A stretch of DNA of 64,000 nucleotides, taken from positions 16,929 to 80,928 of the forward strand of contig SHWZ01000002.1 of NCBI GenBank assembly GCA_009693575.1, in the 5' to 3' direction. The position numbers were made by a program, and so were the translations under genes. Shown here piece after piece: positions 50,275-59,167 of the stretch (positions are counted from its first letter, which is position 1; each line of letters starts with the position of its first letter). Under the pieces are notes generated by a model. The model made no database searches, was not told where the DNA came from, and saw only the letters and a list, made by a program, of their open reading frames with translations. This DNA comes from Flavobacteriaceae bacterium (GTDB taxonomy: Bacteria; Bacteroidota; Bacteroidia; UKL13-3).

Positions 50275-51243
50275 ATGAAGATTTCAAACGAAACAAAAGT
50301 TGGTTCATTCACTGCCATAGTTATCACGATGCTCGTGCTGGGTTACAATTTCCTAAAAGGAAATGATGTGTTTTCACGCACCAATTTTTACTATGCCATA
50401 TATGACAATGTAGACGGACTCACCACTTCGAATGCGGTGAAGTTGAACGGCCTGAAAGTTGGGCAAGTTAAAGAAGTTACTATAAGGCCAGATTTTACAT
50501 TATTGGTAAGATTTGAAATACGAGCTGACCTGCCGATTTCAAAATACGATACTGCCAATATTGTAGCTACAGATTTGTTTGGCACAAAGGCATTGGTGCT
50601 TACCAACTGCCGTCAGCAGCCCTTGGCCAATGAAAACGACACGATCAACGGAATACTGAAGCCCAGCATGATGCAAGCACTGGGTGATGCCATGGGGCCG
50701 GTGAAGGCAAAGACTACCGAGCTTCTATTGGTGATAGACAGCGTAGCCAAGAGCCTGAAAGAAACTCTTGGTAGCAAAGGCAACAGCGACCTTGCCGCCA
50801 GCCTAGCCGACATAAGGGCTACCATAGGCAACCTAAAAACAATGAGTGGAAGCCTAAGCAGTTTGGTGGGCGAAGAAAACAGTAGGTTGAACCAAATTCT
50901 AGGAAATGTAGCATCCATTAGCAAGAACCTGAAAGACAATAACGAGGTGTTGAGCAAAACCATGAAAAACATGAAGAGCATCACCGATTCACTTGCAGCT
51001 ACCGATTTGAAAAACACTATTGCCCAGACCCGAAACACCGTGGCCGGGCTGAACGAAGTGATTAAGAAAATAAACAGTGGGGAAGGTAGTCTTGGTTTGC
51101 TAGTGAACGACAAAAAATTGTACGACAACCTACAAAACACTGCTGCAGATTTGGACAAATTGGTGATAGATCTGAAAGCAAATCCGAAACGCTACGTACA
51201 TATTTCGGTCTTTGGAGGCAAAGAGAAGAAATCGAAAAAATGA
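50275..51243 (+). CDS. mlaD: MlaD/MCE family protein
   Basis: MKISNETKVG, GL..SNAV.LNG..VG.V, coiled coil and GSLG.L.ND..LY.NL. Confidence 0.88.
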   Translation: MKISNETKVGSFTAIVITMLVLGYNFLKGNDVFSRTNFYYAIYDNVDGLTTSNAVKLNGLKVGQVKEVTIRPDFTLLVRFEIRADLPISKYDTANIVATDLFGTKALVLTNCRQQPLANENDTINGILKPSMMQALGDAMGPVKAKTTELLLVIDSVAKSLKETLGSKGNSDLAASLADIRATIGNLKTMSGSLSSLVGEENSRLNQILGNVASISKNLKDNNEVLSKTMKNMKSITDSLAATDLKNTIAQTRNTVAGLNEVIKKINSGEGSLGLLVNDKKLYDNLQNTAADLDKLVIDLKANPKRYVHISVFGGKEKKSKK

Positions 51244-52343
51244 GTGCGGGCGGTCAGGAACTACTATACCGCATAGCCCTCACCCAAGTGCCATTTGTAG
51301 GTCCGGTGGTGGCCAAAAATGTGTTGAGCTATTTAGGTGGTAGTGCCGAAGCGGTTTTTAAGGCTGGAGAAGCCAAACTGCTCAAAATTCCCCAAGTAGG
51401 CAAAAAGACTGCAAATGCTATCAAGAATTTTTCAGATTTCAAGCGGGCTGAGGACGAGATTTCCTATATTGAAAAACATAGTATCCAGCCATTGTTCTAT
51501 GCCGACAAAGACTATCCCGAAAGGCTTAAACAACAACCCGATTGTCCGCTGCTTTTATTTTACAAAGGCAACACCAACTTGAATAATGCCCGAACTATTG
51601 GCATAGTGGGCACCCGTAGCCCATCAAACTATGGTAAAGAATGGACAGAGAAACTGGTGGAAGATCTGGCCGAAACTGGTTGTGTCGTTATCAGTGGGTT
51701 GGCCTACGGAATAGATTCAGTAGCTCACAAAGCTGCATTAAAAAACAAACTGAATACGGTGGGTGTGCTTGGCAACGGACTAAAAACTATATATCCTGCC
51801 CAAAATAAAATGCTGGCCACACAAATGATTGAACAAGGCGGTCTACTCACAGAATACCTGAACGATATCAAGCCAGATGCCAGTAATTTTCCTGAACGCA
51901 ATCGCATAGTGGCGGCCATGTGCGATGCCGTGGTGGTAGTGGAAACGAAGAAAAAAGGTGGTAGCATGATTACCGCAGAACTGGCCAACCAATATAACAA
52001 AGATGTGTTTACCCTGCCTGGTCGAGTGGGAGATGAACTATCAGAAGGATGCAATTTCCTGATCAAAAACCACAAAGCAGCCTTGGTGGAAAGTGCTGCC
52101 GATATACTCTACTTACTCAACTGGCAGCAAGGAGCTAAGAAAGCCATTCCGAAGCTTTTTCCAGAATTAAACAAAAACGAACAGCGGGTATTTGACTTGC
52201 TGAAAGGCCATGTGCGGTTAGGCATTGATGAAATTTGCAATCAACTTGATATGCCTCAGCACTTGCTTGCTATGGTTTTGCTTGAAATGGAATTAAAGGA
52301 TTGCCTTCGCAGTCTCCCTGGGAAACAATATGAGTTAAGGTAG
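51240..52343 (+). CDS. dprA: DNA-processing protein A
   Basis: IVGTRSPS.YG, VISGLAYGID, FPERNRIVA, GGSMITA, PGR...S.GCN.LI; C-terminal winged helix. Confidence 0.95.
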   Translation: MSAGGQELLYRIALTQVPFVGPVVAKNVLSYLGGSAEAVFKAGEAKLLKIPQVGKKTANAIKNFSDFKRAEDEISYIEKHSIQPLFYADKDYPERLKQQPDCPLLLFYKGNTNLNNARTIGIVGTRSPSNYGKEWTEKLVEDLAETGCVVISGLAYGIDSVAHKAALKNKLNTVGVLGNGLKTIYPAQNKMLATQMIEQGGLLTEYLNDIKPDASNFPERNRIVAAMCDAVVVVETKKKGGSMITAELANQYNKDVFTLPGRVGDELSEGCNFLIKNHKAALVESAADILYLLNWQQGAKKAIPKLFPELNKNEQRVFDLLKGHVRLGIDEICNQLDMPQHLLAMVLLEMELKDCLRSLPGKQYELR

Positions 52344-52379
52344 CCAACCATTGCGACAATAGCCGGCTGCTAAACAATC

Positions 52380-53123
52380 CTATTCATCGAGCAGCAACTG
52401 AGCCAGCACATAGTCGGCAAACAAGATGCTGACACAGCTAAACACCACAGCTTTAGTACCGGCACGGCCCACTTCCAATGCACCTCCACGCGTGTAGTAG
52501 CCGTGGAAGCTGCTGATGCTGGTGATCAGGAAGGCAAAGGTCACACTTTTTATATACGCAAACACGACAGCAAAGCCCCTGAATCCATCATAAAGCCCAT
52601 CCATAAATTCTTTTGGAGTGATGGCCTCACTAGCCACACCAGCTATATATCCGCCTATGATGCCAAGACACATGCTCATAATGATAAGGAGCGGTACGAC
52701 TATCATAGCCGCCAATATCTTGGGAAGGGCAAGGTATCCTGCTGAGTTTATGCCCATCACTTCCAAGGCATCTATCTGCTCGCTCACACTCATATTGCCA
52801 AGTTCAGAGGCAACGTTGGCTCCTATTTTTCCTGCCAAAACTAAACAGGTGATAGTTGGTGCAAGCTCCAATATCATCGAATCGCGAAGGATGGTGCTAA
52901 TGATGCTTCGGCTCACAAGGTTAGACACTAGTTGATAGGCTGTTTGCACCGTTGTAACAGCACCCACACTTAGCGAAATGGTAGCAACAATGCCGATGGA
53001 GCCAATGCCAATAGAGTTCATTTCGGTAAAAAGCCGCTCACGAAACACACTCCGCCTCTCTGGCCTAGACAGCATACTTCGGATAAACAGCACATAACGA
53101 CCAAAATGGGTGAAAAAGTTCAT
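52380..53123 (-). CDS. mlaE: MlaE family ABC transporter permease
   Basis: LELAPTI, AGKIG...ASELG.M.VSEQIDALEVMG and GGALEVGRA.T.AVV. Confidence 0.9.
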   Translation of the reverse strand: MNFFTHFGRYVLFIRSMLSRPERRSVFRERLFTEMNSIGIGSIGIVATISLSVGAVTTVQTAYQLVSNLVSRSIISTILRDSMILELAPTITCLVLAGKIGANVASELGNMSVSEQIDALEVMGINSAGYLALPKILAAMIVVPLLIIMSMCLGIIGGYIAGVASEAITPKEFMDGLYDGFRGFAVVFAYIKSVTFAFLITSISSFHGYYTRGGALEVGRAGTKAVVFSCVSILFADYVLAQLLLDE

Positions 53124-53231
53124 GTATTAATAAGGCGGGCGAAGATAAAGAGTGAGCTAGTATTTGTCTACCTAGGTTTTCCCCTTTCGTTAAGAAAGTG
53201 GTAGACGATAGCTTACGTCTACCTTTGCCCC

Positions 53232-53825
53232 ATGCCTCAAGCCTCCTTTGTAAAGAGCAGCACCAAACTGATTCAATGCCCCGAAACCCAACTACCCGAA
53301 GTGGCTTTCATAGGCCGCAGCAATGTGGGCAAATCTTCCCTCATTAATATGCTTTGCGAAAAGAAAGGAATGGCCAAAACCTCATCTACTCCTGGCAAAA
53401 CCCAACATATTAACCATTACTTGATCGATGAAAAATGGCATCTAGTGGACTTGCCAGGCTATGGCTACGCACGTGTTTCAAAGACTGAACGGGCCAAGTT
53501 TGAGGATTTTATCTCCGAATATATCCGCGGGCGAGGTAACCTCTGCTGCGTGTTTGTGCTGATAGATCCACGCATACCTCCTCAGCAAATAGATTTGGAT
53601 TTTATCAACTGGCTTGGCAAAAACAATATACCCATTGGTATAGTGTTTACTAAAGTAGATAAACTAAAAAAGGAAGCGGAACTGATTGCCAACATTGATG
53701 CTTTCAAAGCTGCACTATTCCAAAGTTGGGAATCGCTGCCTGAGCTTTTTCTCACTTCAGCCGAAAAGAAAACTGGCAAAGGCGACCTGTGGGATTATAT
53801 CAATTCCATTGTAAAAAATGGCTAA
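53232..53825 (+). CDS. yihA: Ribosome biogenesis GTP-binding protein YihA/YsxC
   Basis: GRSNVGKSS, TPGKT, DLPGYG and TKVDK. Confidence 0.95.
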   Translation: MPQASFVKSSTKLIQCPETQLPEVAFIGRSNVGKSSLINMLCEKKGMAKTSSTPGKTQHINHYLIDEKWHLVDLPGYGYARVSKTERAKFEDFISEYIRGRGNLCCVFVLIDPRIPPQQIDLDFINWLGKNNIPIGIVFTKVDKLKKEAELIANIDAFKAALFQSWESLPELFLTSAEKKTGKGDLWDYINSIVKNG

Positions 53826-53994
53826 GCTTCATTGTTGCATGATGGGCATTATCCCCGCTAACGGGGCTTAGCTGTGTTAGGCCTTGTTGAAACATAGACG
53901 AAAAAAACATCCCTACTATAATCGCGATGACTTTTGGGGTTTCATTTCCGGATTTCCTGTTTGGAAAATAGCAATTGTGTGCTTTTTCGCTTGC

Positions 53995-54186
53995 CTACGC
54001 TTCGTTGTCGGCACCCATTCTGCCCCACATAAAAGCGATAAGAAAGCCGACGAACAGGATGCAGGTTGTGATTCTAGCTATTAGTTCCTGACTCATTTCT
54101 GCTTTAATGTTACCCATTCCGAAAACTGAGAGTGCTGCGACTTTCAGGAAGTTAGCATCGCTTACTTTTTTAATGATGGTCTTCAT
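53995..54186 (-). CDS. Small (63 aa) putative membrane protein
   Basis: ATG preceded by a typical AT-rich Bacteroidota initiation region (TTAACAAAAACTTTAATCAATCAATAATGTC); one clear transmembrane segment (CILFVGFLIAFMWG); possible ECF promoter upstream. Confidence 0.55.
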   Translation of the reverse strand: MKTIIKKVSDANFLKVAALSVFGMGNIKAEMSQELIARITTCILFVGFLIAFMWGRMGADNEA

Positions 54187-54248
54187 GACATTATTGATTG
54201 ATTAAAGTTTTTGTTAAGGTAGCCGTTTCTTCTTTGGTTTAACCTATT

Positions 54249-54274
54249 GACGCTCAAAACGGACAAAACGTCGC
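54249..54274 (-). promoter_or_regulatory. Putative ECF-sigma promoter
   Basis: Minus strand GCGAC-N17-CGTC(AATA), about 60 bp upstream of the small ORF. CGTC -10 with AAC/GAC -35 is the usual ECF pattern. Confidence 0.4.
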
Positions 54275-54638
54275 TTCACCCTGTCACTTTATTTTCTTGT
54301 GTCTTGACACCGCCTGCAATTCCACTGAGATTCATCCATACCTGCCGCTATATTTTCTTGCGATTATCATTGGATAAAAATGGGTTATTAAGTTTAGGCA
54401 AATCTACAAATTAGTTGAATAGATACTTTTTGGCAATAAATGGTACTAAAATATTTTTAAATGACATTTTTTAATTATGGAGGCTTCAAGTTACATCTTT
54501 CAACTTCACTCAAGTTTCTTAGTTACAACTAGGAATACACATTACTTCATTTTCGAACCAGGGAGTATTGATAGTGATGTGATTGACACTAGAATCGGCG
54601 TTCCCAATACTAATCGTGATAAAGTAGCTCAGAATAAT

Positions 54639-54674
54639 AACAATAAGGACGGGCAATTGCCCGTCCTTATTGTT
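54639..54674. repeat. Perfect 36-bp palindrome
   Basis: AACAATAAGGACGGGCAA|TTGCCCGTCCTTATTGTT, overlapping the stop codon of the AlbA_2 gene. Confidence 0.9.
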
Positions 54675-55300
54675 TACAATGTGTAGAACTCCACCTTCTC
54701 AGTAGTATGAAGTCTCATAGCACCTATACTTACAAGATTAACTACCATACGTTGGGCACGCCAACGGGATATGTTCAGCATTTTGCAAATTTCTTTCAGG
54801 GTGATACGGTCGTTGATACTCAGGTAGTCGAGCACTGCTTTTTCTTTGGATGAATAATAGATGCGAGTGCCGTTGCCTATGGTTTCACGTCGCATCAAAT
54901 CAAGCGTAACCTTGCTAGCAAGCAAACTTTGGTCTTTCACTCGGATATATGCCCACCACTTTCCATCTTCGCCTTTGGCCGAATGAGGCTTGTGGGTGCT
55001 TCTGGGTATGTCCACTTCCAAAATTGTCTTCTGGTCAAAGTCCCACTCTGTGATTTTGATAGGGACAGCTGGCTTGCAAAAGAAGCCCGCCGCCATGTCC
55101 AACATGTACTTTTCTTCTTCGCTTCGCACTCCTGTAATACTCTTGTTATCGTGAATCCCAACCAACAGCTTACCCCCGTCTGTATTGGCAAACGACACAA
55201 TGGTCTTGGCTATTTTGCTTACACTGGTAATAGTCTTTTTGAAGTCAAGCACCTGGGATTCACCATCTCTAATCAATTTGAAAATGTGCTTGGGAGTCAT
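54674..55300 (-). CDS. Schlafen/AlbA_2 domain protein with C-terminal HTH-like segment
   Basis: GESQVLDFKK, KTIVSFANTDGGKLLVGI.D...ITGV; C-terminal ITLKEICKMLNISRWRA. Confidence 0.85.
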   Translation of the reverse strand: MTPKHIFKLIRDGESQVLDFKKTITSVSKIAKTIVSFANTDGGKLLVGIHDNKSITGVRSEEEKYMLDMAAGFFCKPAVPIKITEWDFDQKTILEVDIPRSTHKPHSAKGEDGKWWAYIRVKDQSLLASKVTLDLMRRETIGNGTRIYYSSKEKAVLDYLSINDRITLKEICKMLNISRWRAQRMVVNLVSIGAMRLHTTEKVEFYTL

Positions 55301-55418
55301 AGCCTAAAATAGTGTTTCAAATGAACGAATTAGAACGGGTATTTAATGTACATAAGACCTCTCAACATAACAGGAAGCAATGCATGGCCCAAGTAATAAA
55401 CTAAAAACTCTACACTAC

Positions 55419-56060
55419 TTAAGTCATATCATTCACATACCCCACCCTATTCAGGTGTTCATGGTCGTTGCGTTTCAGAAGGTTGAATTTTCCATCTGCA
55501 AATTCAAACAAATACAGCCCAAGATTCTGGTGTTCGAAAGTGTCCATTTGTGTAAGAGGGATGTCCAACAGCAGGCACAGTAAGGCTTTGAGGGCTCGGC
55601 CATGGGTACATACGAGTATCGTTTCTTCTTCTTGTTTTGACAGGATATGCTCTACAGCAGGCTTTTGTCTTTCGTTCAAATCTTGAGGCGATTCTCCTCC
55701 ATCAATAGGCAAGTGCAAACGGCCTTCACGCCAATCTTCCACCCGTTGTTGGTATTGATTGAAAAATTCCTTTGAATGCGGTATCCCCTCATAAATTCCC
55801 CAGCTTATTTCGTTCAGTCCAGGCAGTTGCTCATGTGGCAATCCAGCATCCAGAAATGGCTTTACACTTTGATGAGTACGTTGCAAAGCAGATACATACA
55901 CTTTCTGGAAAGGAGTATCCTTGTAATGTTCGTAGAAAGCTTGTGCCTGTGCCTGCCCGTTAGCGTTCAAGCAGCTATCAACACCACTGCCCTGCACTAT
56001 GTTCATTTTATTTTGGTCAGTTTCGCCGTGCCTGATGATGTAAAGTAGTTTCTTGCCCAT
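55419..56060 (-). CDS. Histidine phosphatase family protein (PGAM-like)
   Basis: IIRHGETD, S.LQRTHQS, LNEISWG, GGES and VCTHG. Confidence 0.92.
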   Translation of the reverse strand: MGKKLLYIIRHGETDQNKMNIVQGSGVDSCLNANGQAQAQAFYEHYKDTPFQKVYVSALQRTHQSVKPFLDAGLPHEQLPGLNEISWGIYEGIPHSKEFFNQYQQRVEDWREGRLHLPIDGGESPQDLNERQKPAVEHILSKQEEETILVCTHGRALKALLCLLLDIPLTQMDTFEHQNLGLYLFEFADGKFNLLKRNDHEHLNRVGYVNDMT

Positions 56061-56188
56061 TTTTGCAGCGAAGATAGTAAGAGGCAATTGTAAGCGGAAA
56101 GATAGAGTGGGAAGATAGAAAATATATAGTCCCTTACCGCCAATGGGAATTAATACATTACTGAATTAACAAATAAACGAATTAGATT

Positions 56189-56626
56189 ATGCCACCAACC
56201 TTTACCCTCCAACCTCAATACAGCCTTGCCGACCTGAATGGACGCAGCCGCAACACCATGGCAGAACACCTAGGCATTGAATTCATAGAAGTTGGCGAAG
56301 ATTTTCTAAAAGCCAAAATGCCTGTAGACCACCGCACCCATCAGCCACTTGGGATGTTGAATGGAGGTGCTTCTTTTGCCCTGGCCGAAACGGTTGGTAG
56401 CATGGCCGCCAATCTGTGGATAGACCGCACACAGTTTGTAGCATTGGGGCTAGACATGAACGGCAACCACCTTAAGGGTGTTCGCGAAGGTTTTGTATAT
56501 GCTACTGCACGACCGTTCCATCAAGGAAAAGCAACCTCGGTGTGGGAGATAAAAATAGAAGATGATGTGGCAAATTTGGTATGCGTGTGTCGTCTCACTA
56601 TGGCTATTGTTGAACTAAAAAAATGA
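56189..56626 (+). CDS. Hotdog thioesterase, MenI/PaaI type (probable DHNA-CoA hydrolase)
   Basis: MPVDHRTHQPLG.LNGGAS..LAET.GS and NGNHLK; adjacent to a chorismate-binding gene. Confidence 0.85.
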   Translation: MPPTFTLQPQYSLADLNGRSRNTMAEHLGIEFIEVGEDFLKAKMPVDHRTHQPLGMLNGGASFALAETVGSMAANLWIDRTQFVALGLDMNGNHLKGVREGFVYATARPFHQGKATSVWEIKIEDDVANLVCVCRLTMAIVELKK

Positions 56627-57618
56627 GGGCCCTTCTGCCAACAGGATTTTTGGCCTTTCGGCTGCCGGACAAAGCAGTTGAAATGTACACCGTGAATATG
56701 CTGGAAGGCCAGTCCGACTCAAGGAAGCCTAGCTTTGTGGTCACAAGTTTCAACGAGGAAAGACGCAGACTATATTGCCATCTAAACACACCCACCGACC
56801 AATTTATCGTTGATTATTTTTGGGATGGAGCACAAGTAGATGAAACATCCAAAAACCATTACTTGACCATGGTGGAAAAGGCCATCGCGGAAATAAAAAA
56901 TGGAATACTACATAAGGTGGTGCTTTCAAGGAACAAGCATTTCACCATCGGCAATGACTTTGATTTGGAGAAAGCTTTCTTAACACTTTGCGAAGCTTAC
57001 CCCCATTGTTTCGTATGCTGTGTAAGTACCACTGAAATTGGCACTTGGCTAGGTGCAAGTCCTGAATTAATACTTCGCAAAACAGAAGACATAATTGAAA
57101 CATTTTCGCTTGCAGGCACTAAGCAAGTTGCCGACAAAACTGCTTGGGGAGAAAAGGAAAAAGAGGAGCAAAGTATCGTAACAAGATATATTTTAGAAGT
57201 TTTGAAACAAAATAGCCTAACATCAGACATCCCTTATCCCACATCCGAACTTTATATGGGAGACCTTAGACATATGGTAACTCATTTTAAAGCCAATATC
57301 CCAGATGATTTCGATGAACAAAAATTCTTGGCCAACCTTTCTCCTACACCTGCAGTATGTGGCTTTCCCAAAGCCGAAGCCATGCAATTTATTTTGGAGA
57401 ATGAAGATTATTTTCGCTATTACTACACTGGAAACTGGGGTATTCAAAGTCCATCTGAATTGCATTTATATGTAAACCTTCGCTGCATGCAATTATACAA
57501 AAACAAAGGAATACTATATGCAGGTGCAGGTATTACATCCGACTCAGACCCGCAGAAAGAATGGCTGGAAACCGAAGCAAAGATGAAACTGCTGGGAAAT
57601 TTGCTGTTGGGTGATTGA
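56623..57618 (+). CDS. menF: Isochorismate synthase (chorismate-binding domain), MenF-like
   Basis: KVVLSR, WLGASPE, SLAGT, KEKEEQ.IV, LSPTPAVCG, VNLRC and AGAGIT..S.P..EW.ETE.K. Confidence 0.8.
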   Translation: MRALLPTGFLAFRLPDKAVEMYTVNMLEGQSDSRKPSFVVTSFNEERRRLYCHLNTPTDQFIVDYFWDGAQVDETSKNHYLTMVEKAIAEIKNGILHKVVLSRNKHFTIGNDFDLEKAFLTLCEAYPHCFVCCVSTTEIGTWLGASPELILRKTEDIIETFSLAGTKQVADKTAWGEKEKEEQSIVTRYILEVLKQNSLTSDIPYPTSELYMGDLRHMVTHFKANIPDDFDEQKFLANLSPTPAVCGFPKAEAMQFILENEDYFRYYYTGNWGIQSPSELHLYVNLRCMQLYKNKGILYAGAGITSDSDPQKEWLETEAKMKLLGNLLLGD

Positions 57619-57634
57619 ATTCAATCATACACAA

Positions 57635-58396
57635 TTAAATCACACCATAAATTACTGGCCTGCTTGGGCTGGCATCGCTTTCCATGGCGGCTACCTGCAG
57701 GTTCAACAAATAAATTCCATCGACACAATGGTCGGGTACATATATCAGTTCGGTGATGGTGTAGCTCAACCGTGGATTTTCTGGATAATTCCAAAAAAGG
57801 TGGTGTGCCAGCAAAGCTCCGCCGTCTTCTTCGCGGTCAACTGAGGGTAGGTCGGTGAGCAAGTGTTTGAAGCCCGCTTCAGTAATCAAATCCATGCAAT
57901 CAGGATGAAAATAAGTGGAATTGTTGCCACTATGCTGCTGCGTTCGCTTGCTTTCAGGGTTAGGCAATGTGCGGATGACAATGGCAGTGCAATCTTCAAA
58001 CTTGTGCTTTTCGATGGCTGCATTCAACTCGTTTGGTTGAATCAATAAATCTCCTTGCTCCCAGCTCCCAGCTCCCATCTTCCCTGCCTCCACACTCACT
58101 ACCAACGCCATCATAAAATAATCCTTGAAACATTGATTCACAGAATGATGTTCTCCGCTGATATGCCCAACACATTCGGTATGTGTACCGTTGCCATGCG
58201 GGTTGAATTTTATATCAAAACAATTTACTGGCCCACCTTCTTTCAAGCTGCCAACAAAGCTGCCTGATTTAAGCGGACTTAGATCAGCAAAGGGGATATG
58301 GAATGCATTCACCTGCGGCTGCATACCTGTGATGGCTATGCTCAGGTCAATGGGCTTAGATAAATCGAAGCGGTGGTTAGCGAATGTTGTGTACAA
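57635..58396 (-). CDS. Cyclase family protein (kynurenine formamidase-like)
   Basis: HGNGTHTEC.GH, IRTLPN, DLPSVDRE.DGG.L.AHH, ITEL and DASPSRP. Confidence 0.9.
   Translation of the reverse strand: MYTTFANHRFDLSKPIDLSIAITGMQPQVNAFHIPFADLSPLKSGSFVGSLKEGGPVNCFDIKFNPHGNGTHTECVGHISGEHHSVNQCFKDYFMMALVVSVEAGKMGAGSWEQGDLLIQPNELNAAIEKHKFEDCTAIVIRTLPNPESKRTQQHSGNNSTYFHPDCMDLITEAGFKHLLTDLPSVDREEDGGALLAHHLFWNYPENPRLSYTITELIYVPDHCVDGIYLLNLQVAAMESDASPSRPVIYGVI
58057..58077. repeat. (GCTCCCA)3 heptamer repeat inside the cyclase CDS
   Basis: Three perfect copies, 21 bp, frame-preserving; encodes part of MGAGSWEQ. Confidence 0.85.
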
Positions 58397-58455
58397 AGTG
58401 TTGCAAATGTAGGAAAACAGGTTGTGACTATCTATGTTTAATATTGCAAAACAAT

Positions 58456-59061
58456 ATGAACCTGCCTTCGCTACTGCTGGAAGAAGCCGTGAACGAGTTA
58501 AGTAAATTCCCAGGCATCGGGAAAAAATCTGCTTTGCGGATGGTGCTGCACCTACTGAAAAACAATCCTGAAGATTCAGATAAGTTGGGGCAGGCCATCA
58601 TCAAGATGCGAAACAATATTCGCTTCTGCCAAACCTGTGGAAACGTGAGCGACCATGAAGAATGCAACATTTGCACCAACCAACTACGAAACCGACAAAC
58701 CCTTTGCGTGGTAGAAGACCTTCGTGACGTGATGGCTATTGAAAACACTGGACAGTTTGGCGGGCTCTACCATGTGCTCGGAGGAGTGGTCTCCCCCATT
58801 GATGGTATTGGCCCCGACAAACTCAATATTGAAAGCCTATTTGCCCGATTGACAAGTGGTGAAATTACTGAAGTGGTGATGGCCTTGCCAGCCACCGTAG
58901 AAGGAGACACTACTATGTTCTTTCTCAGCAAACGTCTAAGTGATTACCCTGTGCGGATAAGCACCATTAGTCGTGGTATAGCTGTGGGTGGTTCACTTGA
59001 ATATGCCGATGAAATAACTCTTGGCCGTGCCATGAGTGGCCGAGTGCCATATGAGGTGTAA
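58456..59061 (+). CDS. recR: Recombination mediator RecR
   Basis: FPGIGKKSALR, zinc finger CQTCGN...CNIC, YHVLGG..SP.DG, TVEGDTT and EYADE.TL. Confidence 0.96.
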   Translation: MNLPSLLLEEAVNELSKFPGIGKKSALRMVLHLLKNNPEDSDKLGQAIIKMRNNIRFCQTCGNVSDHEECNICTNQLRNRQTLCVVEDLRDVMAIENTGQFGGLYHVLGGVVSPIDGIGPDKLNIESLFARLTSGEITEVVMALPATVEGDTTMFFLSKRLSDYPVRISTISRGIAVGGSLEYADEITLGRAMSGRVPYEV

Positions 59062-59088
59062 TACCAATACTTAATATAAATTATAGAA

Positions 59089-59128
59089 AGGTGCAAGTGT
59101 CAGGTGGAAATACCTAACCCTTGCACCT
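59089..59128. terminator. Hairpin between convergent recR and POT transporter genes, with GTCAGGT-N6-ACCT core (copy 3)
   Basis: AGGTGCAAG-TGTCAGGT-GGAAAT-ACCTAACC-CTTGCACCT. Confidence 0.6.
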
Positions 59129-59167
59129 TCGCAAAGTCAAGTGAAAACACCCAAGACTATTTAGCGA

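Noticed and set aside
53849-53866. TTATCCCCGCTAACGGGG (and CAGCGGGGATAG at 61858) resembles a type I-E CRISPR repeat
   Set aside because: Isolated partial copies 8 kb apart with no spacers; better explained as short GC hairpins.
54477-54686. 69-aa plus-strand ORF
   Set aside because: No motif, runs through the 36-bp palindrome and overlaps the convergent gene.
7076-58455. Longest-ORF starts for queG, rimO, rocF, the MFS gene, panB, smpB, the histidine phosphatase and recR
   Set aside because: The extensions run through -7 promoter boxes or upstream genes and lack homology; downstream ATG/GTG starts were used instead.
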